Shown here one piece after another: positions 9,184 through 18,383 of a DNA stretch of 64,000 nt (position 1 is the first letter of the stretch; every line of letters begins with the position of its first letter). The stretch comes from an uncultured Candidatus Saccharibacteria bacterium (GTDB lineage: Bacteria > Patescibacteriota > Minisyncoccia > Phycocordibacterales > UBA12088), in the NCBI GenBank assembly GCA_964567265.1, contig CAZMLK010000001.1:15832-79831 (forward strand), given 5' to 3'. Position numbers and translations under genes: made by a program. Below the pieces are notes generated by a model. The model had not been told where the DNA came from and made no database searches. It saw only the letters and a program-made list of their open reading frames with translations.

Positions 9184-9777
9184 GTGAAAGAGACTATTGC
9201 TATCATCGCGGCATTTCTCGCGATAGCGGGGAATGTCCCCTATCTGCGTGAAATCGTGAAGGGGCGTGTGAAGCCGCATCCCTACACCTGGCTCGTTGGG
9301 ACCATCGTCTCCGGGATCATCGTGTTTGGGCAGATTGCAAAGGGAGCCGGGGTAGGCGTCTGGCCGACCATTGCATCCGAGGTATTCACGCTCATCATTT
9401 TCCTTTTCTCCCTCAGATTCGGATTCAAGGGGATTACCAAATCCGATACCTTCTTCCTCGTGCTCGCGCTTTCCGGTGTGGTCCTCTGGGTATCCACCAA
9501 GGATCCGACACTCTCTGTCATTATCGCTGTTGGTATCGATCTCATCTCACTCGTCCCTACATTCAGGAAGACCTGGACGCATCCGAAGACCGAGGCCCCG
9601 ATACTCTTTATCGCAAACACCCTGCGCCACACGCTTGCTCTCTTGTCCCTCGAAACCTACAATATCGCGACAATGCTTCATTCGATCGTGATGATCGGTA
9701 CCAATTCCGCGCTTGCTGGGATTATCCTCCTCAGGAAGCAGACAAGAAGGACCACTGCCGCCCGCCTTCATTTTTGA
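9184..9777 (+). CDS. Hypothetical integral membrane protein (about 6 TM helices)
   Basis: Hydrophobic helices throughout. No known motif. Confidence 0.5.
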   Translation: MKETIAIIAAFLAIAGNVPYLREIVKGRVKPHPYTWLVGTIVSGIIVFGQIAKGAGVGVWPTIASEVFTLIIFLFSLRFGFKGITKSDTFFLVLALSGVVLWVSTKDPTLSVIIAVGIDLISLVPTFRKTWTHPKTEAPILFIANTLRHTLALLSLETYNIATMLHSIVMIGTNSALAGIILLRKQTRRTTAARLHF

Positions 9778-9789
9778 TAGACTAGGGGC

Positions 9790-10701
9790 ATGAACAAAAT
9801 ACTATTCGGGGCTGGGCTCCTGATGTTTGCGGGATTGGCATTGTTTGGCTACGCATATCTTAATAAGCAGCATGCGGGCGTGATTGCGGAAACGCCGGTA
9901 TCGGATTTCCGTGATGCGACCTATGTGATTGATGGCAAATCAGTGACGCTCAAAAATGGCGTCTCGGAGGTCGAGGCAGCACCGGGGAGCGCGTCTAAGA
10001 TCGTAACCAAGTATTTCGGGAACGAAGTGCGCCACGATCTCGATGGCGACGGCACCGAGGATGTCGCATTCATCCTGACGCAGCAGACAGGCGGAAGCGG
10101 CACGTTCTACTACGTGGTCGCGTCACTGAACCGCGCGAACGGATTCGTGGGTACGCAAGGATTCCTCCTCGGGGATCGCATCGCCCCGCAGACGACCGAA
10201 ATGGGAACGGGGACGATCGTCATCGTGAACTATGCGGACCGCAAGGCGGGTGAGGATTTCTCAGTACCTCCGTCGGTCGGAAAGAGCGTGTGGCTGTTCC
10301 TCGACAAGGATGCGCTCCAGTTCGGAGAAGTCGAGCAAGACTTTGAAGGCGAGGCCGATCCCGCGAAAATGTCACTCGGGATGAAGAGCTGGACCTGGAT
10401 ACGCGCGCTCGGCAGCGACGGAAAGGAGGTGCTCCCGAAGCAGACGATGGCATTCACGCTCGATATTCTCGGTGACGGCAAGTTCTCCGCAACCACCGAC
10501 TGCAACCGTCTTGCGGGCGATCTCGCGACAAAGGGAACGAAGATCTCATTCAGCAATATGATCAGCACGAAGATGTTCTGCGAAGGCTCGCAGGAATCAT
10601 TCTTCTCGACCCTCCTCGGGGATACAGACAGCTACCAGTTCACCTCGAAAGGAGAGCTGATTCTCACACAGAAGGGCGGTGGTACGGCGACCTTCAGATA
10701 G
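9790..10701 (+). CDS. Membrane-anchored protein with C-terminal META/HslJ-like domain
   Basis: N-terminal TM helix. The C-terminal LGDGKFSATTDCNRLAGDLATKGTKISFSNMISTKMFCEGSQESFFSTLL...YQFTSKGELILTQ matches META (DUF306/HslJ) architecture. Confidence 0.55.
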   Translation: MNKILFGAGLLMFAGLALFGYAYLNKQHAGVIAETPVSDFRDATYVIDGKSVTLKNGVSEVEAAPGSASKIVTKYFGNEVRHDLDGDGTEDVAFILTQQTGGSGTFYYVVASLNRANGFVGTQGFLLGDRIAPQTTEMGTGTIVIVNYADRKAGEDFSVPPSVGKSVWLFLDKDALQFGEVEQDFEGEADPAKMSLGMKSWTWIRALGSDGKEVLPKQTMAFTLDILGDGKFSATTDCNRLAGDLATKGTKISFSNMISTKMFCEGSQESFFSTLLGDTDSYQFTSKGELILTQKGGGTATFR

Positions 10702-10708
10702 CCTTCGA

Positions 10709-11221
10709 ATGGCAGCACTTCTCAAAAAAGCGAGTGATCGGGCGGACTACCCATTCCTTAGCGTTCTCCCGGCGAAGAACGGCCTCGGCATCTTTGCAAA
10801 AAAAGATTTCAAGCCGAGTACGCGATTGTTCGAAGTGAAGGGTGTATTCATCTCAGGCGACGAGGACGAAGACATTGACGAGGAGACGCGTGCGAACGCG
10901 TATCGGTATGACGAAGAACGCTATTTGAGCCCCAAGGGTCGGATTGGCGATTTCCTCAATCATTCCTGTGCGCCGAATGCGGCTGTCAGAAAAATTGGGA
11001 GGAAGCTTTTTGTCGTGAGTGTGGTTCCGATCAGAAAGGGCGAGGAAGTATTGATAGACTACGCAACCATACTTGCTGCGGACGATTCGTGGGAGATGCT
11101 GTGCAAGTGCGGAAGCATCGACTGCCGCGGTGTCGTGAAGCAATTCCGCAAGCTGCCGAAGAAACTCCAGCGTGCATACATCGAGCGCTCCATGGTTCCC
11201 GAATATGTCGCGAACGCGTAG
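10709..11221 (+). CDS. SET-domain protein (putative lysine methyltransferase)
   Basis: NHSCAPN (SET signature), then an invariant Tyr region (EVLIDYA) and a post-SET Cys cluster (CKCGSIDCRG). Start taken at MAALLKK because the longer ORF overlaps the upstream gene. Confidence 0.75.
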   Translation: MAALLKKASDRADYPFLSVLPAKNGLGIFAKKDFKPSTRLFEVKGVFISGDEDEDIDEETRANAYRYDEERYLSPKGRIGDFLNHSCAPNAAVRKIGRKLFVVSVVPIRKGEEVLIDYATILAADDSWEMLCKCGSIDCRGVVKQFRKLPKKLQRAYIERSMVPEYVANA

Positions 11222-11338
11222 GGCGCTGTTTCCATACCATAAAAAGAAAACGCATCCGGCCCGGAGGGCGCGGATGCGTTTGCGTTGCAAACGGCATCGC
11301 TGTTTGCAACGCATGTACCACATGTCGTGGCAGAAGGA

Positions 11339-12736
11339 TCAGTGCGAGGTGACGAGGGCGTTCATGCGACTCCTTAGCTTTGCAAGTTCACGTTGCTGTG
11401 TCGTGGTGAGTGTTCCGAGAAGTAGGTTGGGACCATCGCTGGTGTTCCGTCCTTTGATTCTGAAGAATTCTTCCGCGCCGGTGTATCTCTTGATGAGCTT
11501 GTATCCCGAGGGGTCTGTGATTTCTCGCGTGTACCCGGAGTTTGGATTTCCAGCCGGAAAGTATTCCGAGTACACGTTTTGGTGCACTTCTCCGGTAGTC
11601 GAGTTGTCCAGTACAGGAACTAAGCTCACCCCATCAAGCGTTACTCCTGGCGGAACCACGCTCGCTGGGCTGACGCCTGCGAGTCCCAGGAACGTGGGGT
11701 AGAGATCGACACCGCTGACGATCCCTCGATAGATGCGTCCAGGAGTGGCGACGCCTGCGCCCGCAATGAATGCAGGTATTTCGATACCGGGGCCATACGG
11801 TGAGCTCTTTCCGTACGCACCATACGGAGATGCCATAACCTGTTTCGACGTGCCATTGTCTCCGATGAAGATGACGGTCGTTGTCGAGAGATCGACCCCT
11901 TTGAGAAGCCGTCCGATTTCGGTATCCATGGCTTCAATCATGCGCTCGAAGATCGCGCGATTACCCGTACCCGACTTGGGTCGATTGAGCAGGCTTGTCG
12001 GCGGCTCCTGATATGGTGAATGTGGCGCATTGAAGGCGAGCCAGAGGAAGTACGGCCGCCCCTGTGTTTTCGCCGACTTGATGACGCCGAGCGCGGCATC
12101 AACCTGGGTTGTGGTGGCATAGCCGGGCGATTTCACAGTCGTGACAGCCGGGTTATTCTCCGATGCCTTCACGTAGTTGTAGACATCATAGTAGTTTCCA
12201 AGAGCGCCTCCTGACACAGTCGTGGTGTAGAGGGGAAAGCCCCAGCGTTCAGAGAGATCGTACGGCTTTTTCTCGTACCCGATGTGCGATTTGCCGACGA
12301 GCGCAACGACATACGGAACTGGCAGATGAGCATTTGCCGCCGCGAACGCTTTCGCGATCGTAAAGGCGTCTGCGCTCAGCGGCGGCGTCGGCCGCGTGCT
12401 GTCTATCCATGCGCCGATATGCTGGTTGTCACGAAACGCGTACCTGCCGGTCATGATGCTCGCACGCGTAGGCGAACATTCCTGGTATCCCCACATTCCT
12501 GTGAAGATGACACCTTGGTTTGCTAATGCCGATAGGATCGGCGTTGGCGCGGCAGCAGGGACTGTATTCGTCCGTCCGTCCGTCGTGGGTACCCATGGGG
12601 CCATATCGACGCCCATATCATCGGCGATGATGAAGAGGATGTTCCGCGGGGCTGCCCCTGCGGCTTGTATGCCTGTCAAAGACCAGAGCGCGGCGACAAA
12701 CATCGCCGCCGCTGCTTTCAGTAAATGCCGTAGCAT
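11339..12736 (-). CDS. Sulfatase (Cys-type, canonical C-S-P-T-R formylglycine motif)
   Basis: Signal peptide. IADDMG, CSPTRASIMTGRY and NAPHSPY motifs are typical of arylsulfatase family members. Confidence 0.85.
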   Translation of the reverse strand: MLRHLLKAAAAMFVAALWSLTGIQAAGAAPRNILFIIADDMGVDMAPWVPTTDGRTNTVPAAAPTPILSALANQGVIFTGMWGYQECSPTRASIMTGRYAFRDNQHIGAWIDSTRPTPPLSADAFTIAKAFAAANAHLPVPYVVALVGKSHIGYEKKPYDLSERWGFPLYTTTVSGGALGNYYDVYNYVKASENNPAVTTVKSPGYATTTQVDAALGVIKSAKTQGRPYFLWLAFNAPHSPYQEPPTSLLNRPKSGTGNRAIFERMIEAMDTEIGRLLKGVDLSTTTVIFIGDNGTSKQVMASPYGAYGKSSPYGPGIEIPAFIAGAGVATPGRIYRGIVSGVDLYPTFLGLAGVSPASVVPPGVTLDGVSLVPVLDNSTTGEVHQNVYSEYFPAGNPNSGYTREITDPSGYKLIKRYTGAEEFFRIKGRNTSDGPNLLLGTLTTTQQRELAKLRSRMNALVTSH

Positions 12737-12929
12737 TCAATGCTCCTTGCGTTCGCGGTTCCCACTATTGGGGACCGTCCGGTGGGGACTATAACACGTT
12801 TTTTGATTTTTGTCATTATTCGTACAAGCGATGTATTCGCTCTTCGGAATCCATCCACAGCATTCTCAGATTCCGCGCGAAGACCTGGTGGTATACTGAA
12901 CACGTAAAATTATAAAAATAAATTTTCAC

Positions 12930-12995
12930 ATGGCCAAAGGAAACGACGCTCGGAAGAAGGAGGCGAAGAAGCCGAAGAAGGGGGGAAAGAAATAA
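12930..12995 (+). CDS. Tiny lysine-rich ORF (21 aa: MAKGNDARKKEAKKPKKGGKK)
   Basis: ATG preceded by an AT-rich promoter-like stretch (tataaaaataaattttcac). It is followed immediately by a strong hairpin terminator. A similar tiny K-rich ORF lies at 44940. Confidence 0.25.
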   Translation: MAKGNDARKKEAKKPKKGGKK

Positions 12996-13007
12996 TCGTC
13001 GTCGTGT

Positions 13008-13052
13008 GCAAACTCCCCCGAAAGCTCCCAAGGAGCTTTCGGGGGAGTTTGC
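13008..13052 (+). terminator. Hairpin terminator after tiny K-rich ORF
   Basis: gcaaactcccccgaaagctccc-aagg-agctttcgggggagtttgc, a perfect ~20-bp stem. Confidence 0.55.
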
Positions 13053-13066
13053 TATACTACAAGGGT

Positions 13067-13477
13067 ATGCTCACCTGGACACAGTACGCACTCGTGTATC
13101 TTATAAGCGTCCCGATATTCTTCGCGATCGACATGGTCTGGCTCGTCGTTGTCGCGAAAACCTTCTATCGGTCGCATCTCGGAAGCCTCCTTTCTGATAC
13201 GGTGATCTGGCCAGTGGCCATCAGCTTCTACCTTCTCTTCCTCCTCGGCCTCCTCATCTTTGCCATCGCTCCCGCGATCGAAGCCAGGGACGTATATCGC
13301 GCGCTTCTCATGGGTGCGCTCTTCGGTTTCTTCACCTACGCGACCTACGACCTTACGAATTGGTCCACGCTTGCAAACTGGCCGTGGCAAGTCGCGCTCG
13401 TCGATATGGCGTGGGGAACGGTGCTCTCCGCATCGGTCGCGTTTGGTACCTACCGGCTCGCGATGCTTTTCATGTAG
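13067..13477 (+). CDS. DUF2177-like small membrane protein
   Basis: Four hydrophobic helices. Start at MLTWTQYAL. Confidence 0.5.
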   Translation: MLTWTQYALVYLISVPIFFAIDMVWLVVVAKTFYRSHLGSLLSDTVIWPVAISFYLLFLLGLLIFAIAPAIEARDVYRALLMGALFGFFTYATYDLTNWSTLANWPWQVALVDMAWGTVLSASVAFGTYRLAMLFM

Positions 13478-13481
13478 CATT

Positions 13482-14252
13482 ATGTCCATACTTGAGTCCG
13501 CGTTCCTGGTCCTGTTCCTCTACATGAGTGCGCTCTGCATCGTCGCGCTCGCGCGGAAGAATAACGGCATCGCGGATATCGGCTACGGCGTCGCGTTCAT
13601 CGTGCTCATCGGCTCGGCACTCCTCCTCGGGGGAGCGCCGAACGGATACGCGCTCGCGCTCGCGATCCTTCCGCTTATCTGGGGCACGCGCCTCGCGCTC
13701 CGCATCTTCCTCAAGAACCACGGCAAGCCGGAGGATTTTCGATATGCCGCGTGGCGCAAGGCGTGGGGCAAGAATTTCGCGGCGCGGAGCTTCTTCCAGA
13801 TCTATATGCTCCAGGGCGCGGTCGTCGGCGTGGTCGCGCTTCCCGTGCTGCTGTCGCTGGTGTATGGGGCCTTAAACCCGAATCCGCTCCTCTTCATCCT
13901 CGGCCTTATCCTCTGGATCGTCGGATTCTTTTTCGAGACCATGGCGGATTTCCAGCTTGACCGCTTCATCTTCAATCGCGAACATGCGGGACATGTCATG
14001 ACCGAGGGATTGTGGCGCTACTCGCGGCATCCCAACTATTTCGGCGAGAGCCTGATGTGGTTTGCGATTGCCGTTGCCGCCTCCGGACTCTCCGCGCTCC
14101 CATTCCACGGCTTCATAAGCCCGTTCCTCATCACGTTCCTCCTCCTCAAGGTCTCCGGCGTCCCCATGCTCGAGAAACGTTTCGCCGGCAATCCGGAATG
14201 GGAAGCCTACAAGGCGCGGACGTCCGTATTCATACCTCTTCCGCCGAAATAG
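13482..14252 (+). CDS. DUF1295 / steroid 5-alpha-reductase-like membrane protein
   Basis: LWRYSRHPNYFGE motif near the C-terminus and multiple TM helices. Start at MSILESAF (ATG 13482), in frame with track ORF 13260. Confidence 0.65.
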   Translation: MSILESAFLVLFLYMSALCIVALARKNNGIADIGYGVAFIVLIGSALLLGGAPNGYALALAILPLIWGTRLALRIFLKNHGKPEDFRYAAWRKAWGKNFAARSFFQIYMLQGAVVGVVALPVLLSLVYGALNPNPLLFILGLILWIVGFFFETMADFQLDRFIFNREHAGHVMTEGLWRYSRHPNYFGESLMWFAIAVAASGLSALPFHGFISPFLITFLLLKVSGVPMLEKRFAGNPEWEAYKARTSVFIPLPPK

Positions 14253-14343
14253 CCGCGCGCATTCCGGAACAAAATTGGACCATTGACCAGTTGGCCGGCG
14301 GGCTCCTTTTGCCTATAGTGTACAGACTTATCCATAGTCTCAA

Positions 14344-15051
14344 GTGCACGTAATGAAAAAAATACTCATCGGTCTCGCTGTCGTCCTGGTCTTGCTTGGT
14401 GCCGCATTCGTATTTGCCGGCCCGAAGCAGGCTGCTGTTGAAGTCTCGACCACGCCGACGACCACCCCGGAGGCAGCTCCGACCGAAGTCGCCGTTACCG
14501 AAGGAACGTATCGCGTTGATCCTGCCGAAAGCACGTTCGAATGGGCAGCAAAGAAGCCGCTCATCGAGGGATACATTGATAGCGGCAGCATCGGCATCAC
14601 CGATGGTACCGTGAATGTCGGCACCTCGACTGCCGATGGCGTCTTCTCGCTCGACATGAATACCCTCAAGGTCGGTCTCACTGCAAAGAAGCCGGGACAG
14701 GAAGAGGCGCTTGAAAAGCACCTGAAGAGCGCCGATTTCTTTGATGTCGCGAAGTACCCGACCGCATCCTTCACGATCAAGAGCGTCACGCCCGCAACCA
14801 CGACGACCGCGGCGCTCACGTACGTGATCACGGGTGACCTCATGATGAAAGGCAAGAAGAACTCGATCTCGTTCCCGGCAAAAATTTATCTCGCTGGCGA
14901 CGTTCTCCATGCGGAAGCGGCGACCGAGATCGATCGCACCAAGTGGGGCATCACCTACGGATCCGGGAACTTCTTCAAGTCGCTCGGCGATAACCTGATC
15001 GACGACATGGTCGCGATCTCGTTCTCCGTGGTGGCGCCGAAGGTCCAGTAA
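14344..15051 (+). CDS. YceI-family periplasmic protein
   Basis: Signal/TM anchor. YRVDPAESTFEWAAKK...GDLMMKGKKNSISFPAKI pattern matches YceI-like lipid-binding proteins. Confidence 0.7.
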   Translation: MHVMKKILIGLAVVLVLLGAAFVFAGPKQAAVEVSTTPTTTPEAAPTEVAVTEGTYRVDPAESTFEWAAKKPLIEGYIDSGSIGITDGTVNVGTSTADGVFSLDMNTLKVGLTAKKPGQEEALEKHLKSADFFDVAKYPTASFTIKSVTPATTTTAALTYVITGDLMMKGKKNSISFPAKIYLAGDVLHAEAATEIDRTKWGITYGSGNFFKSLGDNLIDDMVAISFSVVAPKVQ

Positions 15052-15071
15052 TCACGCCGAGAGGATTTTAG

Positions 15072-15110
15072 GAAAAGCGCGCGGCCCCGTATTGGGGCCG
15101 CGCGCTTTTC
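15072..15110. terminator. Bidirectional rho-independent terminator between convergent genes
   Basis: aaaagcgcgcggcccc-gtat-tggggccgcgcgctttt, a GC stem flanked by A and T tracts. Confidence 0.7.
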
Positions 15111-15125
15111 CACATGCGGAAACCA

Positions 15126-15815
15126 TCACCTCGGATGCCCGAAGTCCTCGGTCGCATAGAGCGTGTCACGCTCCTCGGCAATCCCGATGCCTTCCTCTGA
15201 AAAGAGAGTGCTCAGGATATTTTCGCGGTGGCCGGGACTCGCCATCCACCCGGCGACGATATTCGCGGCGATCTTTTCCGGTGACAATTTAAAAGAGGTG
15301 TGGATGAGATAGATGTTCTCGCCAACCGCCCCCCATGCATAGCCGCCCTTGGTGAGGCGGCAGCCTGAGTTACAGGCATCCTTGTCGGAATGCGAGAAAT
15401 AGCCCTTCTGGAGCATGTCCTCGCTGTGCGCTCTCGCGATGCCCGCGAGCTTGGCATTGTACGCGAGTACCGGCAGATTATTTTTAACGCGCTCGGCATT
15501 GATGCCTGTATGGACTGCGGCCTCGATTGCGAGGATGGTGTCAGAAGGAAGGGCGGTATCGATACTCGAGGTCGCCCTCAGCGAAACATTACCGAGCCCG
15601 CTCCGTGTGGTCGATGCGGCGAATGCGTTCACTTGCTTCTTCGGAGCTGGCGGAACGGCTGCCGGTTTCGCCTTTGCAACAACTGAACTTGTCGCGGCCG
15701 CGCTCGCAGTCGAGGTGGCGATCTCGGCGTCATGCTTCACGAACCCTGCAAAGGCAAAGAGTCCAATCAACGAAGCCAGAAATAGTTTGAGCGGCAAGGG
15801 GAGTGCGAACAGCAT
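15126..15815 (-). CDS. CAP/SCP/PR-1 domain secreted protein
   Basis: N-terminal hydrophobic anchor. HTGINAERVKNNLPVLAYN...AHSEDM...GYFSHSD...GENIY...GWMASPGHRENIL matches CAP-domain motifs. Confidence 0.7.
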   Translation of the reverse strand: MLFALPLPLKLFLASLIGLFAFAGFVKHDAEIATSTASAAATSSVVAKAKPAAVPPAPKKQVNAFAASTTRSGLGNVSLRATSSIDTALPSDTILAIEAAVHTGINAERVKNNLPVLAYNAKLAGIARAHSEDMLQKGYFSHSDKDACNSGCRLTKGGYAWGAVGENIYLIHTSFKLSPEKIAANIVAGWMASPGHRENILSTLFSEEGIGIAEERDTLYATEDFGHPR

Positions 15816-15840
15816 ACGTCTCTAGTATGGCACGTCTCGG

Positions 15841-16170
15841 TTAGAGATGCTTCTCTCCGAATGCTCGCATGGATTGCATCACCGGAGAGAGCGCGCGACC
15901 TTTCTCAGTAAGGCTGTATTCGACGCGGGGCGGCTTCTCGGCGAATTCCGCGCGATGGATGAGTCCGCTTTCCTCAAGCGCGTGGAGCTTCTTCGTGAGC
16001 GTGCGGGAGCTCGTGCCGGAGAGCGACGCTTCGAGGTCACCGAACCGCTTCGGCCCGGCGAGGAGATCGCGGACGATGAGGAGCGTCGAAGAATCACCGA
16101 TGATATCGGCAGTCTTCGCGAGCGGGCAATTCCCGCAGACGGCTTTCTGTTGTTTCTTGGTGCGGAACAT
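15841..16170 (-). CDS. HxlR-family transcriptional regulator
   Basis: CPLAKTADIIGDSSTLLIVRDLLAGPKRFGDL...RTLTKKLHALEESGLI...RVEYSLTEKG. Divergent from the LUD gene. An alternative start lies at 16218. Confidence 0.75.
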   Translation of the reverse strand: MFRTKKQQKAVCGNCPLAKTADIIGDSSTLLIVRDLLAGPKRFGDLEASLSGTSSRTLTKKLHALEESGLIHRAEFAEKPPRVEYSLTEKGRALSPVMQSMRAFGEKHL

Positions 16171-16321
16171 AGGAAGGGGATCACGTCCGTAAAGATGGCA
16201 AAAGTGTCGCATATCCACTTTACAAAGTAAAGAGGATGTCGTCGAGTACTGTTATACACTGTACAAAGTAAAGTAACAAGTCTATGGTAAGGGAACCTAT
16301 TATTTTTCATTTACAGGCAAT

Positions 16322-16939
16322 ATGTCATTCGACACACTCGCTTCGGCGGAAACTGTAGAGAAGACCGCCGAGGCGATTCGCGCCCGCGGACTCGACGTTA
16401 TTTCGGTCGCCACGAAGGCGGACGCACTCGCGAAGATCAAGGAGCTTATTCCCGCGGGTGCATCCGTCATGAACGGGGCCTCGCGGACACTTGAAGAGGT
16501 CGGCTTTATCGACTATTTGAAAGCGGGGGAGCACGGCTGGAACAATCTCCATGCAAATATCCTTGCGGAAACCGATCCTGCGAAGCAGGCGGCGCTCAGG
16601 AAGCAGTCCGTCATCTCCGACTTCTATCTCGGCAGCGTGCACGCGGTCGCCGAGACCGGCGAGCTCGTCATCGCTTCTAATACCGGAAGCCAGCTGCCGC
16701 ATATCGTCTTCACATCGCCGAATGTCATCTTCGTCGTGAGCACGAAGAAGATTGCTCCTTCGCTTGCAGATGCGCTCGCGCGACTCAATGAGCATGTCGT
16801 CCCGCTCGAGGATGTGCGCATGAAGGCTGCGTATGGCGTCGGAACCATGGTCTCGAAGATCGTCATCTTCCAGCACGAGCATTCGATGATGAAGCGCAAG
16901 GTACAGGTCCTCTTTGTGAATGAAGATCTCGGCTTCTAG
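16322..16939 (+). CDS. LUD-domain protein (LutC/YkgG-like, DUF162)
   Basis: ~205 aa with GELVIASNTGSQL...VFVVSTKKI motifs typical of LUD domain. Confidence 0.6.
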   Translation: MSFDTLASAETVEKTAEAIRARGLDVISVATKADALAKIKELIPAGASVMNGASRTLEEVGFIDYLKAGEHGWNNLHANILAETDPAKQAALRKQSVISDFYLGSVHAVAETGELVIASNTGSQLPHIVFTSPNVIFVVSTKKIAPSLADALARLNEHVVPLEDVRMKAAYGVGTMVSKIVIFQHEHSMMKRKVQVLFVNEDLGF

Positions 16940-17000
16940 CATATCCACATTGCGCTCATGCAAGACTTTGTGTGCCAGCTGATACAATAGAGAAACGCTC

Positions 17001-17684
17001 ATGCAGTATTTCTTTGCAGAGACTCCAGAAACGGGCATCGATGCGCTCGCGACCACACTCGCAGATTCCTTGGAAAAGGGACTGCGAGTGTTGTGGCTTT
17101 TGCCTGGAGGGTCGAATGTCGAGATTGCTGCGAGCGTGATGCGGACGCTTGAGGCACGGGTCCCGAAGACGACGCTCAAGAACCTGACGGTCGGCCAAGT
17201 GGATGAGCGGTTCGGTCCGGTCGGGCATCCCGACTCGAACTGGAGGCAACTCATTGATGCCGGCTTCCCGTTCGGCGATGTCGTCGCGATGCCCATTCTG
17301 GCGGGGGAGAGTCTGGAGGAAACTGTCCGGCGTTACGGAAACGTCATAGAAGAGGCCTACGGGGAAGCAGGTCTCATCGTCGGACAATTCGGCATCGGGG
17401 CGGACGGGCATATCGCGGGCATGCTGCCGCATTCGGCGGCAGTCAATGATACGAATCCTGCCGCTGCATATGTTTCGGATCCCTACACGCGCTTCACACT
17501 GACACCTCGTATGCTGCTCGGCATCGATGTTGCCTACGTATTCGCATTCGGCGCCTCGAAGAAGGATGCGATTGATGTGTTGAGACAGAAGGAGCTGTCA
17601 TTCGATGAGCAGCCTGCACAGATTTTGAAAAAAATGCGAAGGGTATTTTTCTATACTGATCAGATAAAGCCGCAGGAGTCCTGA
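17001..17684 (+). CDS. pgl: 6-phosphogluconolactonase-like (NagB/Pgl family)
   Basis: GIGADGHIAGMLP matches the Pgl/DevB motif G(M/I)G.DGH.AS.FP. LLPGGS N-terminal motif present. Confidence 0.65.
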   Translation: MQYFFAETPETGIDALATTLADSLEKGLRVLWLLPGGSNVEIAASVMRTLEARVPKTTLKNLTVGQVDERFGPVGHPDSNWRQLIDAGFPFGDVVAMPILAGESLEETVRRYGNVIEEAYGEAGLIVGQFGIGADGHIAGMLPHSAAVNDTNPAAAYVSDPYTRFTLTPRMLLGIDVAYVFAFGASKKDAIDVLRQKELSFDEQPAQILKKMRRVFFYTDQIKPQES

Positions 17685-17768
17685 TGGATACCGTTCGGCG
17701 TGGAGAGTTTCATCCGGCTGATTGCTGTGATATAGTCCCCGGCAGGTACTGAGCGGGAAGAGGGGGAT

Positions 17769-18041
17769 ATGGAAGCAATCGATGCGGTCTTTCGAGAAAA
17801 TTGCAAAGGCATGCTGGATGGCAGGAGAATGACGCCAGAGAAGTATGCAAGAAGTATCGCGAACTGCGATTTGGTGCGTGCGCGAATCGACTCCCTCAAG
17901 ATCACGCATCCGGGGGAATGGGTCGGCGCGCTTGACGGCGAGCTCTACTTCGCCCAAAACCTCGCTGACCTTTTGGGACAGGTGCGGGCGCGCGAAGCGG
18001 GTAGCAGCATGCTGTACTGCCAACTGATTGGAGCGGAGTGA
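17769..18041 (+). CDS. Hypothetical small protein
   Basis: 90-aa ORF on the same strand as its neighbours. The longer antisense ORF 17598..18215 looks non-coding. Confidence 0.35.
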   Translation: MEAIDAVFRENCKGMLDGRRMTPEKYARSIANCDLVRARIDSLKITHPGEWVGALDGELYFAQNLADLLGQVRAREAGSSMLYCQLIGAE

Positions 18042-18119
18042 AGTTTGAGACTGGGAGCGCCTCTTCGGAGGCGCTCTTTCGTATACCGATAGGTCCCGCT
18101 TCGAGGTACCATTGGAGAA

Positions 18120-18383
18120 ATGGAATACGTCGCATATTTGCTTCGCTGCGCAGACGGAACGCTGTATGCGGGCTCGACGCCGGATATCGAGAAGCGTCTC
18201 CATGAGCACAATCATTTGAAATCCGGCGCGCGGTATACGAAAGCGCGGCGTCCGGTCGTGTTGGTATATTCTGAACGATGCGAGACGCTGTCGGCCGCAC
18301 GAAAACGGGAAGCGGAATTGAAACGGCTCACGCGCGCGGAGAAATTGGCGCTCCTGCCGCCTCTCCTGCGACGAAGCCGGTAG
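18120..18383 (+). CDS. GIY-YIG nuclease-family small protein (YhbQ/UPF0213-like)
   Basis: YVAYLLRCADGTLYAGSTPDIEKRLHEHN is a GIY...YIG core with the conserved Arg/Glu/Asn. Confidence 0.7.
   Translation: MEYVAYLLRCADGTLYAGSTPDIEKRLHEHNHLKSGARYTKARRPVVLVYSERCETLSAARKREAELKRLTRAEKLALLPPLLRRSR

Noticed and set aside
16325-17296. 323-aa minus-strand ORF across the LUD-domain and pgl genes
   Set aside because: It is antisense to two co-directional genes with family motifs. It is a high-GC artefact.
17598-18215. 205-aa minus-strand ORF
   Set aside because: It is antisense to two small plus-strand genes, including a GIY-YIG protein with a clear motif. It overlaps the pgl 3' end. No motif is present.
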